A stretch of DNA of 64,000 nucleotides from Eledone cirrhosa (Eukaryota): positions 340,070,001 to 340,134,000 of the forward strand of contig OZ024743.1 of assembly GCA_964016885.1 (NCBI GenBank). The letters run 5' to 3'. The notes under the pieces were generated by a model. That model searched no databases. It was not told where the DNA came from and saw nothing but the letters and a program-made list of their open reading frames with translations. This document shows, piece after piece, positions 1 to 12,000 of this stretch (the stretch's first letter is position 1; every line of letters begins with the position of its first letter). Both the position numbers and the translations under genes were made by a program.

Positions 1-3000
1 GGAGAGGAGAACTGTGTAACTAAAGGAGAGAGGGGGTAAAACAGTGGAGAAAGGTGTAACTAAAGGAGAGAGGGGAAAAAGGAGAGGAGAAAGGTGTAAC
101 TAAAGGAGAGAGGGGGAAAAAGGTGGGGAGAAAGGTGTAACTAAAGGAGAGAGGTGGAAAAGACAGTGGAGAAAGGTGTAACTAAAGGAGAGAGGTGAAA
201 CTAAAGGAAAGGCGAAAAGTGTAACTAAAGGAGAGAGGGGGAAAAAGGAGAGGAGAAAGGTGTAACTAAAGGAGAGAGGGGGAAAACAGTGGAGAAAGGT
301 GTAACAAAAGGAGAGAGGGGAAAAAAGGAGGGGAGAAAGGTGTAACTAAAGGAGAGAGGGGGAAAAGGAGCGGAGAAATGTGTAATTAAAGGAGAGAGGG
401 GGAAAAGGAGCGGAGAAAGGTGTAACTAAAGGAGAGAGGGTGAAAAAGGAGAGGAGAAAGGTTTAACTAAAGGAGAGAGGGTAAAAGGAGCGGAGAAAGG
501 TGTAACTAAAGGAGAGAGAGGGGGAAAAAGGAGCGCAGAAAGGTGTAATTAAAGGAGAGAGAGGGGAAAAAGGAGAGGAGAAAGGTGTAACTAAAGGAGA
601 AAGGGGGAAAATAGCGGAGAAAGGTGTAACTAAAGGAGAGAGGGGGAAAAGGAACGGAGAAAGGTGTAACAAAAGGAGGGAGGGGAAAAAGGAGCGGAGA
701 AAGGTGTAACTAAAAGAGAGAGAGGGCAAAGGAGCGGAGAAAGGTGTAACTAAAGGAGAGAACGGAAAAAAATGGGCGGAGAAAGGTGTAACTAAAGGAG
801 AGAGGGAAAAAAGGAGCGGAGAAAGGTGTAACTAAAGGAGAGAGGGGGAAAAACAGTGGAGAAAGGTGTAACTAAAGGAGAGAGGGGAAAAAGGAGAGGA
901 GAAAGGTGTAACTAAAGGAGAGAGGGGGTAAAAGGTGGGGAGAAAGGTGTAACTAAAGGAGAGAGGGGGAAAAAGGAGAGGAGAAAGGTGTAACTAAAGG
1001 AGAGAGGTGAAACTAAAGGAGAGGCGAAAAGTGTAACTAAAGGAGAGAGGGAGAAAATGGAGCGGAGAAAGGTGTAACTAAAGGAGAGAGGGGGAAAAAG
1101 GAGAGGAGAAAGGTGTAACTAAAGGAGAGAGGGGAAAAAGGAGAGGAGAAAGGTGTAGCTAAAGGAGAGAGGGGGAAAAAGGAGGGGAGAAAGGTGTAAT
1201 TAAAGGAGAGAGGGGGAAAAGACAGTGGAGAAAGGTGTAACTAAAGGAGAGAGGTGAAACTAAAGGAGAGGCGAAAAGTGTAACTAAAGGAGAGAGGGGG
1301 AAAAAGGAGAGGAGAAAGGTGTAACTAAAGGAGAGAGGTGAAACTAAAGGAGAGGCGAAAAGTGTAACTAAAGGAGAGAGGGAGAAAAAGGAGCGGAGAA
1401 AGGTGTAACTAAAGGAGAGAGGGGGAAAAGGAGAGGAGAAAGGTGTAACTAAAGGAGAGAGGGGAAAAAGGAGTGGAGAAAGGTGTAACTAAAGGAGAGA
1501 GGGGGAAAAAGGAGAAGAGAAAGGTGTAACTAAAGGAGAGAGGGGGAAAAACAGTGGAGAGAGGTGTAACTAAAGGAGAGAGAGGGAAAAAGGAGAGGAG
1601 AAAGGTGTAACTAAAGGAGAGAGGGGGAAAAAGGAGCGGAGAAATGTGTAACTAAAGGAGAGAGGGGAAAAACAGTGGAGAAAGGTGTAACTAAAGGAGA
1701 GAGGGGGAAAAAGGAGGGGAGAAAGGTGTAACTAAAGGAGGGGAGAAAGGTATAACTAAAGGAGAGAGGGGAAAAAGGAGTGGAGAAAGGTGTAACTAAA
1801 GGAGAGAGGGGGAAAAGGAGCGGAGAAAGGTGTAACTAAAGGAGAGAGGGGGAAAAAACAGTGAAGAAAGGTGTAACTAAAGGAGAGAGGGGAAAAGGAG
1901 AGGAGAAAGGTGTAACTAAAGGAGAGAGGTGTAACTAAAGGAGAGGCGAAAAGTGTAACTAAAGGAGAGAGGGAGAAAAAGGAGCGGAGAAAGGTGTAAC
2001 TAAAGGAGAGAAGGGGAAAAAAGGAGAGGAGAACTGTGTAACTAAAGGAGAGAGGGGGAAAAACAGTGGAGAAAGGTGTAACTAAAGGAGAGAGGGGAAA
2101 AAGGAGAGGAGAAAGGTGTAACTAAAGGAGAGAGGGGGAAAAAGGTGGGGAGAAAGGTGTAACTAAAGGAGAGAGGGGGAAAAGACAGTGGAGAAAGGTG
2201 TAACTAAAGGAGAGAGGTGAAACTAAAGGAAAGGCGAAAAGTGTAACTAAAGGAGAGAGGGGGAAAAAGGAGAGGAGAAAGGTGTAACTAAAGGATAGAG
2301 GTGAAACTAAAGGAGAGGCGAAAAGTGTAACTAAAGGAGAGAGGGAGAAAAAGGAGCGGAGAAAGGTGTAACTAAAGGAGAGAGGGGGGAAAAGGAGAGG
2401 AGAAAGGTGTAACTAAAGGAGAGAGGGGAAAAAGGAGAGGAGAAAGGTGTAACTAAAGCAGAGAGGGGGAAAAAGGAGGGGAGAAAGGTGTAACTAAAGG
2501 AGAGAGGGGGAAAAGGAGTGGAGAAAGGTGTAACTAAAGGAGAGAGGAGGAAAACAGTGGAGAAAGGTGTAACTAAAGGAGAGAGGGGTAAAGGAGAGGA
2601 GAAAGGTGTAACTAAAGGAGAGAGGTGTAACTGAAGGAGAGGCGAAAAGTGTAACTAAAGGAGAGAGGGAGAAAAAGGAGCGGAGAAAGGTGTAACTAAA
2701 GGAGAGAGGGGGGAAAAGGAGAGGAGAAAGGTGTAACTAAAGGAGAGAGGTGAAACTAAAGGAGAGGCGAAAGGTGTAACTAAAGGAGAGAGGCGGAAAA
2801 AGGAGAGGAGAAAGGTGTAATTAAAGGAGAGAGGGGAAAAAGGAGTGGAGAAAGGTGTAACTAAAGGAGAGAGGGGGAAAAAGGAGAAGAGAATGGTGTA
2901 ACTAAAGGAGAGAGGGGGAAAAACAGTGGAGAAAGGTGTAACTAAAGGAGAGAGAGGGAAAAAGGAGAGGAGAAAGGTGTAACTAAAGGAGAGAGGGGGA

Positions 3001-6000
3001 AAAAGGAGCGGAGAAAGGTGTAACTAAAGGAGAGAGGGGGAAAAAACAGTGGAGAAATGTGTAACTAAAGGAGAGAGGGGGAAAAACAGTGGAGAAAGGT
3101 GTAACTAAAGGAGAGAGGGGGAAAAAGGAGGGGAGAAAGGCGTAACTAAAGGAGAGAGAGGGGGGAAAGGAGCGCAGAAAGGTGTAACTAAAGGAGAGAG
3201 AGGGGAAAAAGGAGAGGAGAAAGGTGTAACTAAAGGAGAAAGGGGGAAAAATAGCGGAGAAAGGTGTAACTAAAGGAGAGAGGGGGGAAAAGGAACGGAG
3301 AAAGGTGTAACAAAAGGAGGGAGGGGAAAAAAGGTGCGGAGAAAGGTGTAACTAAAAGAGAGAGGGGGCAAAGGAGCGAAGAAAGGTGTAACTAAAGGAG
3401 AGAACGGAAAAAAAGGAGCGGAGAAAGGTGTAACTAAAGGAGAGAGGGGAAAAAAGGAGCGGAGAAAGGTGTAACTAAAGGAGAGAAGAGGAAAAAAGGA
3501 GTGGAGAAAGGTGTAACTAAAGGAGAGAGGGGAAAAAGGAGCGGAGAAAGGTGTAACTAAAGGAGAGAGGGGACAAAGGAGCGGAGAAAGGTGTAACTGA
3601 AGGAGAGAGGGGGAAAAGGAGCGGAGAAAGGTGTAACTAAAGAAGAGAGGGGGAAAGGAGCGGAGAAAGGTGTAACTAAAGGAGGGAGGGGGAAAAAGGA
3701 GAGGAGAAGGTGTAACTAAAGGAGAAAGGGGGAAATAGCGGAAAAAGGTGTAACTAAAGGAGAGAGGGGGAAAAACAGTGGGGAAAGGTGTAACAAAAGG
3801 AGAGAGGGGGAAAAAGGAGGGGAGAAAGGTGTAACTAAAGGAGAGAGGGGGAAAAGGAGCGGAGAAAGGTGTAATTAAAGGAGAGAGGGGGAAAAGGAGC
3901 GGAGAAAGGTGTAACTAAAGGAGAGAGGGTGAAAAAGGAGAGGAGAAAGGTTTAACTAAAGGAGAGAGGGTAAAAGGAGCGGAGAAAGGTGTAACTAAAG
4001 GAGAGAGAGGGGGAAAAAGGAGCGCAGAAAGGTGTAACTAAAGGAGAGAGAGGGGAAAAAGGAGCGGAGAAAGGTGTAACTAAAGGAGAGAGGGGGAAAA
4101 AGGAGAGGCGAAAAGTGTAACTAAACGAGAGAGGGAGAAAAAGGAGCGGAGAAAGGTGTAACTAAAGGAGAGAGGGGGAAAAAGGAGAGGAGAAAGGTGT
4201 AACTAAAGGAGAGAAGGGGAAAAAAGGAGAGGAGAACTGTGTAACTAAAGGAGAGAGGGGGTAAAACAGTGGAGAAAGGTGTAACTAAAGGAGAGAGGGG
4301 AAAAAGGAGAGGAGAAAGGTGTAACTAAAGGAGAGAGGGGGAAAAAGGTGGGGAGAAAGGTGTAACTAAAGGAGAGAGGTGGAAAAGACAGTGGAGAAAG
4401 GTGTAACTAAAGGAGAGAGGTGAAACTAAAGGAAAGGCGAAAAGTGTAACTAAAGGAGAGAGGGGGAAAAAGGAGAGGAGAAAGGTGTAACTAAAGGAGA
4501 GAGGGGGAAAAACAGTGGAGAAAGGTGTAACAAAAGGAGAGAGGGGAAAAAAGGAGGGGAGAAAGGTGTAACTAAAGGAGAGAGGGGGAAAAGGAGCGGA
4601 GAAATGTGTAATTAAAAAAGAGAGGGGGAAAAGGAGCGGAGAAAGGTGTAACTAAAGGAGAGAGGGTGAAAAAGGAGAGGAGAAAGGTTTAACTAAAGGA
4701 GAGAGGGTAAAAGGAGCGGAGAAAGGTGTAACTAAAGGAGAGAGAGGGGGAAAAAGGAGCGCAGAAAGGTGTAATTAAAGGAGAGAGAGGGGAAAAAGGA
4801 GAGGAGAAAGGTGTAACTAAAGGAGAAAGGGGGAAAATAGCGGAGAAAGGTGTAACTAAAGGAGAGAGGGGGAAAAGGAACGGAGAAAGGTGTAACAAAA
4901 GGAGGGAGGGGAAAAAGGAGCGGAGAAAGGTGTAACTAAAAGAGAGAGAGGGCAAAGGAGCGGAGAAAGGTGTAAATAAAGGAGAGAACGGAAAAAAAGG
5001 AGCGGAGAAAGGTGTAACTAAAGGAGAGAGGGAAAAAAGGAGCGGAGAAAGGTGTAACTAAAAGAGAGAGGGGGAAAAACAGTGGAGAAAGGTGTAACTA
5101 AAGGAGAGAGGGGAAAAAGGAGAGGAGAAAGGTGTAACTAAAGGAGAGAGGGGGTAAAAGGTGGGGAGAAAGGTGTAACTAAAGGAGAGAGGGGGAAAAA
5201 GGAGAGGAGAAAGGTGTAACTAAAGGAGAGAGGTGAAACTAAAGGAGAGGCGAAAAGTGTAACTAAAGGAGAGAGGGAGAAAATGGAGCGGAGAAAGGTG
5301 TAACTAAAGGAGAGAGGGGGAAAAAGGAGAGGAGAAAGGTGTAACTAAAGGAGAGAGGGGAAAAAGGAGAGGAGAAAGGTGTAGCTAAAGGAGAGAGGGG
5401 GAAAAAGGAGGGGAGAAAGGTGTAATTAAAGGAGAGAGGGGGAAAAGACAGTGGAGAAAGGTGTAACTAAAGGAGAGAGGTGAAACTAAAGGAGAGGCGA
5501 AAAGTGTAACTAAAGGAGAGAGGGGGAAAAAGGAGAGGAGAAAGGTGTAACTAAAGGAGAGAGGTGAAACTAAAGGAGAGGCGAAAAGTGTAACTAAAGG
5601 AGAGAGGGAGAAAAAGGAGCGGAGAAAGGTGTAACTAAAGGAGAGAGGGGGAAAAGGAGAGGAGAAAGGTGTAACTAAAGGAGAGAGGGGAAAAAGGAGT
5701 GGAGAAAGGTGTAACTAAAGGAGAGAGGGGGAAAAAGGAGAAGAGAAAGGTGTAACTAAAGGAGAGAGGGGGAAAAACAGTGGAGAGAGGTGTAACTAAA
5801 GGAGAGAGAGGGAAAAAGGAGAGGAGAAAGGTGTAACTAAAGGAGAGAGGGGGAAAAAGGAGCGGAGAAATGTGTAACTAAAGGAGAGAGGGGAAAAACA
5901 GTGGAGAAAGGTGTAACTAAAGGAGAGAGGGGGAAAAAGGAGGGGAGAAAGGTGTAACTAAAGGAGGGGAGAAAGGTATAACTAAAGGAGAGAGGGGAAA

Positions 6001-9000
6001 AAGGAGTGGAGAAAGGTGTAACTAAAGGAGAGAGGGGGAAAAGGAGCGGAGAAAGGTGTAACTAAAGGAGAGAGGGGGAAAAAACAGTGAAGAAAGGTGT
6101 AACTAAAGGAGAGAGGGGAAAAGGAGAGGAGAAAGGTGTAACTAAAGGAGAGAGGTGTAACTAAAGGAGAGGCGAAAAGTGTAACTAAAGGAGAGAGGGA
6201 GAAAAAGGAGCGGAGAAAGGTGTAACTAAAGGAGAGAGGGGGAAAAAGGAGAGGAGAAAGGTGTAACTAAAGGAGAGAGGTGAAAGTAAAGGAGAGGCGA
6301 AAAGTGTAACTAAAGGAGAGAGGGAGAAAAAGGAGCGGAGAAAGGTGTAACTAAAGGAGAGAGGGGGAAAAAGGAGCGGAGAAAGGTGTAACTAAAGGAG
6401 ATAGGGGGAAAAAGGAGAGGCGAAAAGTGTAACTAAAGGAGAGAGGGAGAAAAAGGAGCGGAGAAAGGTGTAACTAAAGGAGAGAGGGGGGAAAAAGGAG
6501 AGGAGAAAGGTGTAACTAAAGGAGAGAGGGGGAAAAGGAGCGGAGAAAGGTGTAACTAAAGGAGAGAGCGGAAAAAAAGGAGCGGGGAAAGGTGTAACTA
6601 AAGAAGAGAAGGGGAAAAAAGGAGAGGAGAACTGTGTAACTAAAGGAGAGAGGGGGAAAAACTGTGGAGAAAGGTGTAACTAAAGGAGAGAGGGGAAAAA
6701 GGAGAGGAGAAAGGTGTAACTAAAGGAGAGAGGGGGAAAATAGCGGAGAAAGGTGTAACTAAAGGAGAGAGGGGGAAAAGACAGTGGAGAAAGGTGTAAC
6801 TAAAGGAGAGAGGTGAAACTAAAGGAGAGGCGAAAACTGTAACTAAAGGAGAGAGGGGGAAAAAGGAGAGGAGAAAGGTGTAACTAAAGGAGAGAGGGGG
6901 GAAAAGGAGAGGAGAAAGGTGTAACTAAAGGAGAGAGGGGAAAAAGGAGTGGAGAAAGGTGTAACTAAAGGAGAGAGGGGGAAAAGGAGAAGAGAAAGGT
7001 GTAACTAAAGGAGAGAGGGGGAAAAACAGTGGAGATGTGTAACTAAAGGAGAGAGAGGGAAAAAGGAGAGGAAAAAGGTGTAACTAAAGGAGAGAGGGGG
7101 AAAAAGGAGCGGAGAAAGGTGTAACTAAAGGAGAGAGGGGGAAAAACAGTGGAGAAATGTGTAACTAAAGGAGAGAGGGGAAAACAGTGGAGAAAGGTGT
7201 AACTAAAGGAGAGAGGGGGAAAAAGGAGGGGAGAAAGGTGTAACTAAAGGAGGGGAGAAAGGTACAACTAAAGGAGACAGGGGAAAAAGGAGTGGAGAAA
7301 GGTGTAACTAAAGGAGAGAGGGGGAAAAGGAGCGGAGAAAGGTGTAAGTAAAGGAGAGAGTGGGAAAAAACAGTGAAGAAAGGTGTAACTAAAGGAGAGA
7401 GGGGGAAAAAGGAGAGGAGAAAGGTGTAACTAAAGGAGAGAGGGGGAAAACAGTGGAGAAAGGTGTAACTAAAGGAGAGAGGGGAAAAGGAGAGGAGAAA
7501 GGTGTAACTAAAGGAGAGAGTGGGAAAAAACAGTGAAGAAAGGTGTAACTAAAGGAGAGAGGGGGAAAAAGGAGAGGAGAAAGGTGTAACTAAAGGAGAG
7601 AGGGGGAAAACAGTGGAGAAAGGTGTAACTAAAGGAGAGAGGGGAAAAGGAGCGGAGAAAGGTGTAACTAAAGGAGAGAGGGGGAAAACAGTGGAGAAAG
7701 GTGTAACTAAAGGAGAGAGGGGGAAAAAGGAGAGGAGAAAGGTGTAACTAAAGGAGAGAGGGGGAAAACAGTGGAGAAAGGTGTAACTAAAGGAGAGAGG
7801 GGAAAAGGAGAGGAGAAAGGTGTAACTAAAGTAGAGAGGGGGAAAAAGGAGCGGAGAAAGGGGTAACTAAAGGAGAGAGGGGGAAAAAGGAGAGGAGAAA
7901 GGTGTAACTAAAGGAGAGAGGTGAAACTAAAGGAGAGGCGAAAAGTGTAACTAAAGGAGAGAGGGAGAAAAAGGAGCGGAGAAAGGTGTAACTAAAGGAG
8001 AGAGGGGGAAAAAGGAGCGGAGAAAGGTGTAACTGAAGGAGAGAGGGGGAAAAGGAGCCGAGAAAGGTGTAACTAAAGGAGAGAGGGGGAAAAGGAGCGG
8101 AGAAAGGTGTAATTAAAGGAGAGAGGGGGAAAAGGAGCGGAGAAAGGTGTAACTAAAGGAGAGAGGGGGAAAAGGAGCGGAGAAAGGTGTAACTAAAGGA
8201 GAGAGCGGAAAAAAGGAGCGGAGAAAGGTGTAACTAAAGAAGAGAGGGGGAAAGGAGCGGAGAAAGGTGTAACTAAAGGAGGGAGGGGGAAAAGGAGAGG
8301 AGAAAGGTGTTACTAAAGGAGAAAGGGGGAAATAGCGGAGAAAGGTGTAACTAAAGGAGAGAGGGGGAAAAGGTACGGAGAAAGGTGTAACAAAAGGAGA
8401 GAGGGGGAAAAGGGAGAGGAGAAAGGTGTAACTAAAGGAGAGAGGGGGCAAAGGAGCGGAGAAAGGTGTAACTAAAGGAGAGAACGGAAAAAAAGGAGCG
8501 GAGAAAGGTGTAACTAAAGGAGAGAGGGTAAAAAAGGAGCGGAGAAAGGTGTAACTAAAGGAGAGAAGGGAAAAAAGGAGAGGAGAAAGGTGTAAGTAAA
8601 GGAGAGAGGGGGAAAAAGGAGGGGAGAAAGGTGTAACTAAAGGAGAGAGGAGGAAAAGACAGTGGAGAAAGGTGTAACTAAAGGAGAGAGGTGTAACTAA
8701 AGGAGAGGAGAAAGGTATAACTAAAGGAGAGAGGGGGAAAAGGAGTGGAGAAAGGTGTAACTAAAGGAGAGAGGTGAAACTAAAGGAGAGGCGAAAAGTG
8801 TAACTAAAGGAGAGAGGGAGAAAAAGGAGCGGAGAAAGGTGTAACTAAAGGAGAGAGGGGGAAAAAGGAGAGGAGAAAGGTGTAACTAAAGGAGAGCGGG
8901 GAAAAAGGAGTGGAGAAAGGTGTAACTAAAGGAGAGAGGGGGAAAAAGGAGAAGAGAAAGGTGTAACTAAAGGAGAGAGGGGGAAAAACAGTGGAGAGAG

Positions 9001-12000
9001 GTGTAACTAAAGGAGAGAGAGGGAAAACGGAGAGGAGAAAGGTGTAACTAAAGGAGAGAGGGGGAAAAAGGAGCGGAGAAATGTGTAACTAAAGGAGAGA
9101 GGGGAAAAAAAGTGGAGAAAGGTGTAACTAAAGGAGGGGAGAAAGGTATAACTAAAGGAGAGAGGGGAAAAAGGAGTGGAGAAAGGTGTAACTAAAGGAG
9201 AGAGGGGGAAAAGGAGCGGAGAAAGGTGTAACTAAAGGAGAGAGGGGGAAAAAACAGTGAAGAAAGGTGTAACTAAAGGAGAGAGGGGGAAAAAGGAGAG
9301 GAGAAAGGTGTAACTAAAGGAGAGAGGAGGAAAACAGTGGAGAAAGGTGTAACTAAAGGAGAGAGGGGAAAAGGAGAGGAGAAAGGTGTAACTAAAGGAG
9401 AGAGGTGTAACTAAAGGAGAGGCTAAAAGTGTAACTAAAGGAGAGAGGGAGAAAAAGGAGCGGAGAAAGGTGTAACTAAAGGAGAGAGGTGAAAGTAAAG
9501 GAGAGGCGAAAAGTGTAACTAAAGGAGAGAGGGAGAAAAAGGAGCGGAGAAAGGTGTAACTAAAGGAGAGAGGGGGAAAAAGGAGAGGAGAAAGGTGTAA
9601 CTAAAGGAGAGAGGGGGAAAAGGAGCGGAGAAAGGTGTAACTAAAGGAGAGAGGGGGAAAGGAGCGGAGAAAGGTGTAACTAAAGGAGGGAGGGGGAAAA
9701 AGGAGAGGAGAAAGGTGTAACTAAAGGAGAAAGGGGGCAAAGGAGCGGAGAAAGGTGTAACTAAAGGAGAGAACGGAAAAAAAGGAACGGAGAAAGGTGT
9801 AACTAAAGGAGAGAGGGAAAAAAGGAGCGGAGAAAGGTGTAACTAAAGGAGAGAAGGGGAAAAAAGGAGAGGAGAACTGTGTAACTAAAGGAGAGAGGGG
9901 GAAAAACTGTGGAGAAAGGTGTAACTAAAGGAGAGAGGGGAAAAAGGAGAGGAGAAAGGTGTAACTAAAGGAGAGAGGGGGAAATAGCGGAGAAAGGTGT
10001 AACTAAAGGAGAGAGGGGGAAAAGACAGTGGAGAAAGGTGTAACTAAAGGAAAGAGGTGAATCTAAAGGAAAGGCGAAAAGTGTAACTAAAGGAGAGAGG
10101 GGGAAAAAGGAGAGGAGAAAGGTGTAACTAAAGGAGAGAGGGGGAAAAAGGAGAGGAGAAAGGTGTAACTAAAGGAGAGAGGGGAAAAGGAGAGGAGAAA
10201 GGTGTAACGAAAGGAGAGAGGTGAAACTAAAGGAGAGGCGAAAAGTGTAACTAAAGGAGAGAGGGAGAAAAAGGAGCGGAGAAAGGTGTAACTAAAGGAG
10301 AGAGGGGGAAAAAGGAGAGGAGAAAGGTGTAACTAAAGGAGAGAGGGGAAAAAGGAGAGGAGAAAGGTGTAACTAAAGGAGAGAGGGGGAAAAAGGAGGG
10401 GAGAAAGGTGTAACTAAAGGAGAGAGGGGAAAAGGAGAGGAGAAAGGTGTAACGAAAGGAGAGAGGGGGAAAAGACAGTGGAGAAAGGTGTAACTAAAGG
10501 AGAGAGGTGAAACTAAAGGAGAGGCGAAAAGTGTAACTAAAGGAGAGAGGGGGAAAAAGGAGAGGAGAAAGGTGTAACTAAAGGAGAGAGGTGAAACTAA
10601 AGGAGAGGCGAAAAGTGTAACTAAAGGAGAGAGGGAGAAAAAGGAGCGGAGAAAGGTGTAACTAAAGGAGAGAGGGGGAAAAGGAGAGGAGAAAGGTGTA
10701 ACTAAAGGAGAGAGGGGAAAAAGGAGTGGAGAAAGGTGTAACTAAAGGAGAGAGGGGGAAAAAGGAGAAGAGAAAGGTGTAACTAAAGGAGAGAGGGGGA
10801 AAAACAGTGGAGAGAGGTGTAACTAAAGGAGAGAGAGGGAAAAAGGAGAGGAGAAAGTTGTAACTAAAGGAGAGAGGGGGAAAAAGGAGCGGAGAAATGT
10901 GTAACTAAAGGAGAGAGGGGAAAAACAGTGGAGAAAGGTGTAACTAAAGGAGAGAGGGGGAAAAAGGAGGGGAGAAAGGTGTAACTAAAGGAGGGGAGAA
11001 AGGTATAACTAAAGGAGAGAGGGGAAAAAGGAGTGGAGAAAGGTGTAACTAAAGGAGAGAGGGGGAAAAGGAGCGGAGAAAGGTGTAACTAAAGGAGAGA
11101 GGGGGAAAAAACAGTGAAGAAAGGTGTAACTAAAGGAGAGAGGGGAAAAGGAGAGGAGAAAGGTGTAACTAAAGGAGAGAGGTGTAACTAAAGGAGAGGC
11201 GAAAAGTGTAACTAAAGGAGAGAGGGAGAAAAAGGAGCGGAGAAAGGTGTAACTAAAGGAGAGAGGGGGAAAAAGGAGAGGAGAAAGGTGTAACTAAAGG
11301 AGAGAGGTGAAAGTAAAGGAGAGGCGAAAAGTGTAACTAAAGGAGAGAGGGAGAAAAAGGAGCGGAGAAAGGTGTAACTAAAGGAGAGAGGGGGAAAAAG
11401 GAGCGGAGAAAGGTGTAACTAAAGGAGATAGGGGGAAAAAGGAGAGGCGAAAAGTGTAACTAAAGGAGAGAGGGAGAAAAAGGAGCGGAGAAAGGTGTAA
11501 CTAAAGGAGAGAGGGGGGAAAAAGGAGAGGAGAAAGGTGTAACTAAAGGAGAGAGGGGGAAAAGGAGCGGAGAAAGGTGTAACTAAAGGAGAGAGCGGAA
11601 AAAAAGGAGCGGGGAAAGGTGTAACTAAAGAAGAGAAGGGGAAAAAAGGAGAGGAGAACTGTGTAACTAAAGGAGAGAGGGGGAAAAACTGTGGAGAAAG
11701 GTGTAACTAAAGGAGAGAGGGGAAAAAGGAGAGGAGAAAGGTGTAACTAAAGGAGAGAGGGGGAAAATAGCGGAGAAAGGTGTAACTAAAGGAGAGAGGG
11801 GGAAAAGACAGTGGAGAAAGGTGTAACTAAAGGAGAGAGGTGAAACTAAAGGAGAGGCGAAAACTGTAACTAAAGGAGAGAGGGGGAAAAAGGAGAGGAG
11901 AAAGGTGTAACTAAAGGAGAGAGGGGGGAAAAGGAGAGGAGAAAGGTGTAACTAAAGGAGAGAGGGGAAAAAGGAGTGGAGAAAGGTGTAACTAAAGGAG

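Noticed and set aside
463-9740. Pro/Phe/Ser-rich minus-strand ORFs
   Set aside because: Translations of the satellite.
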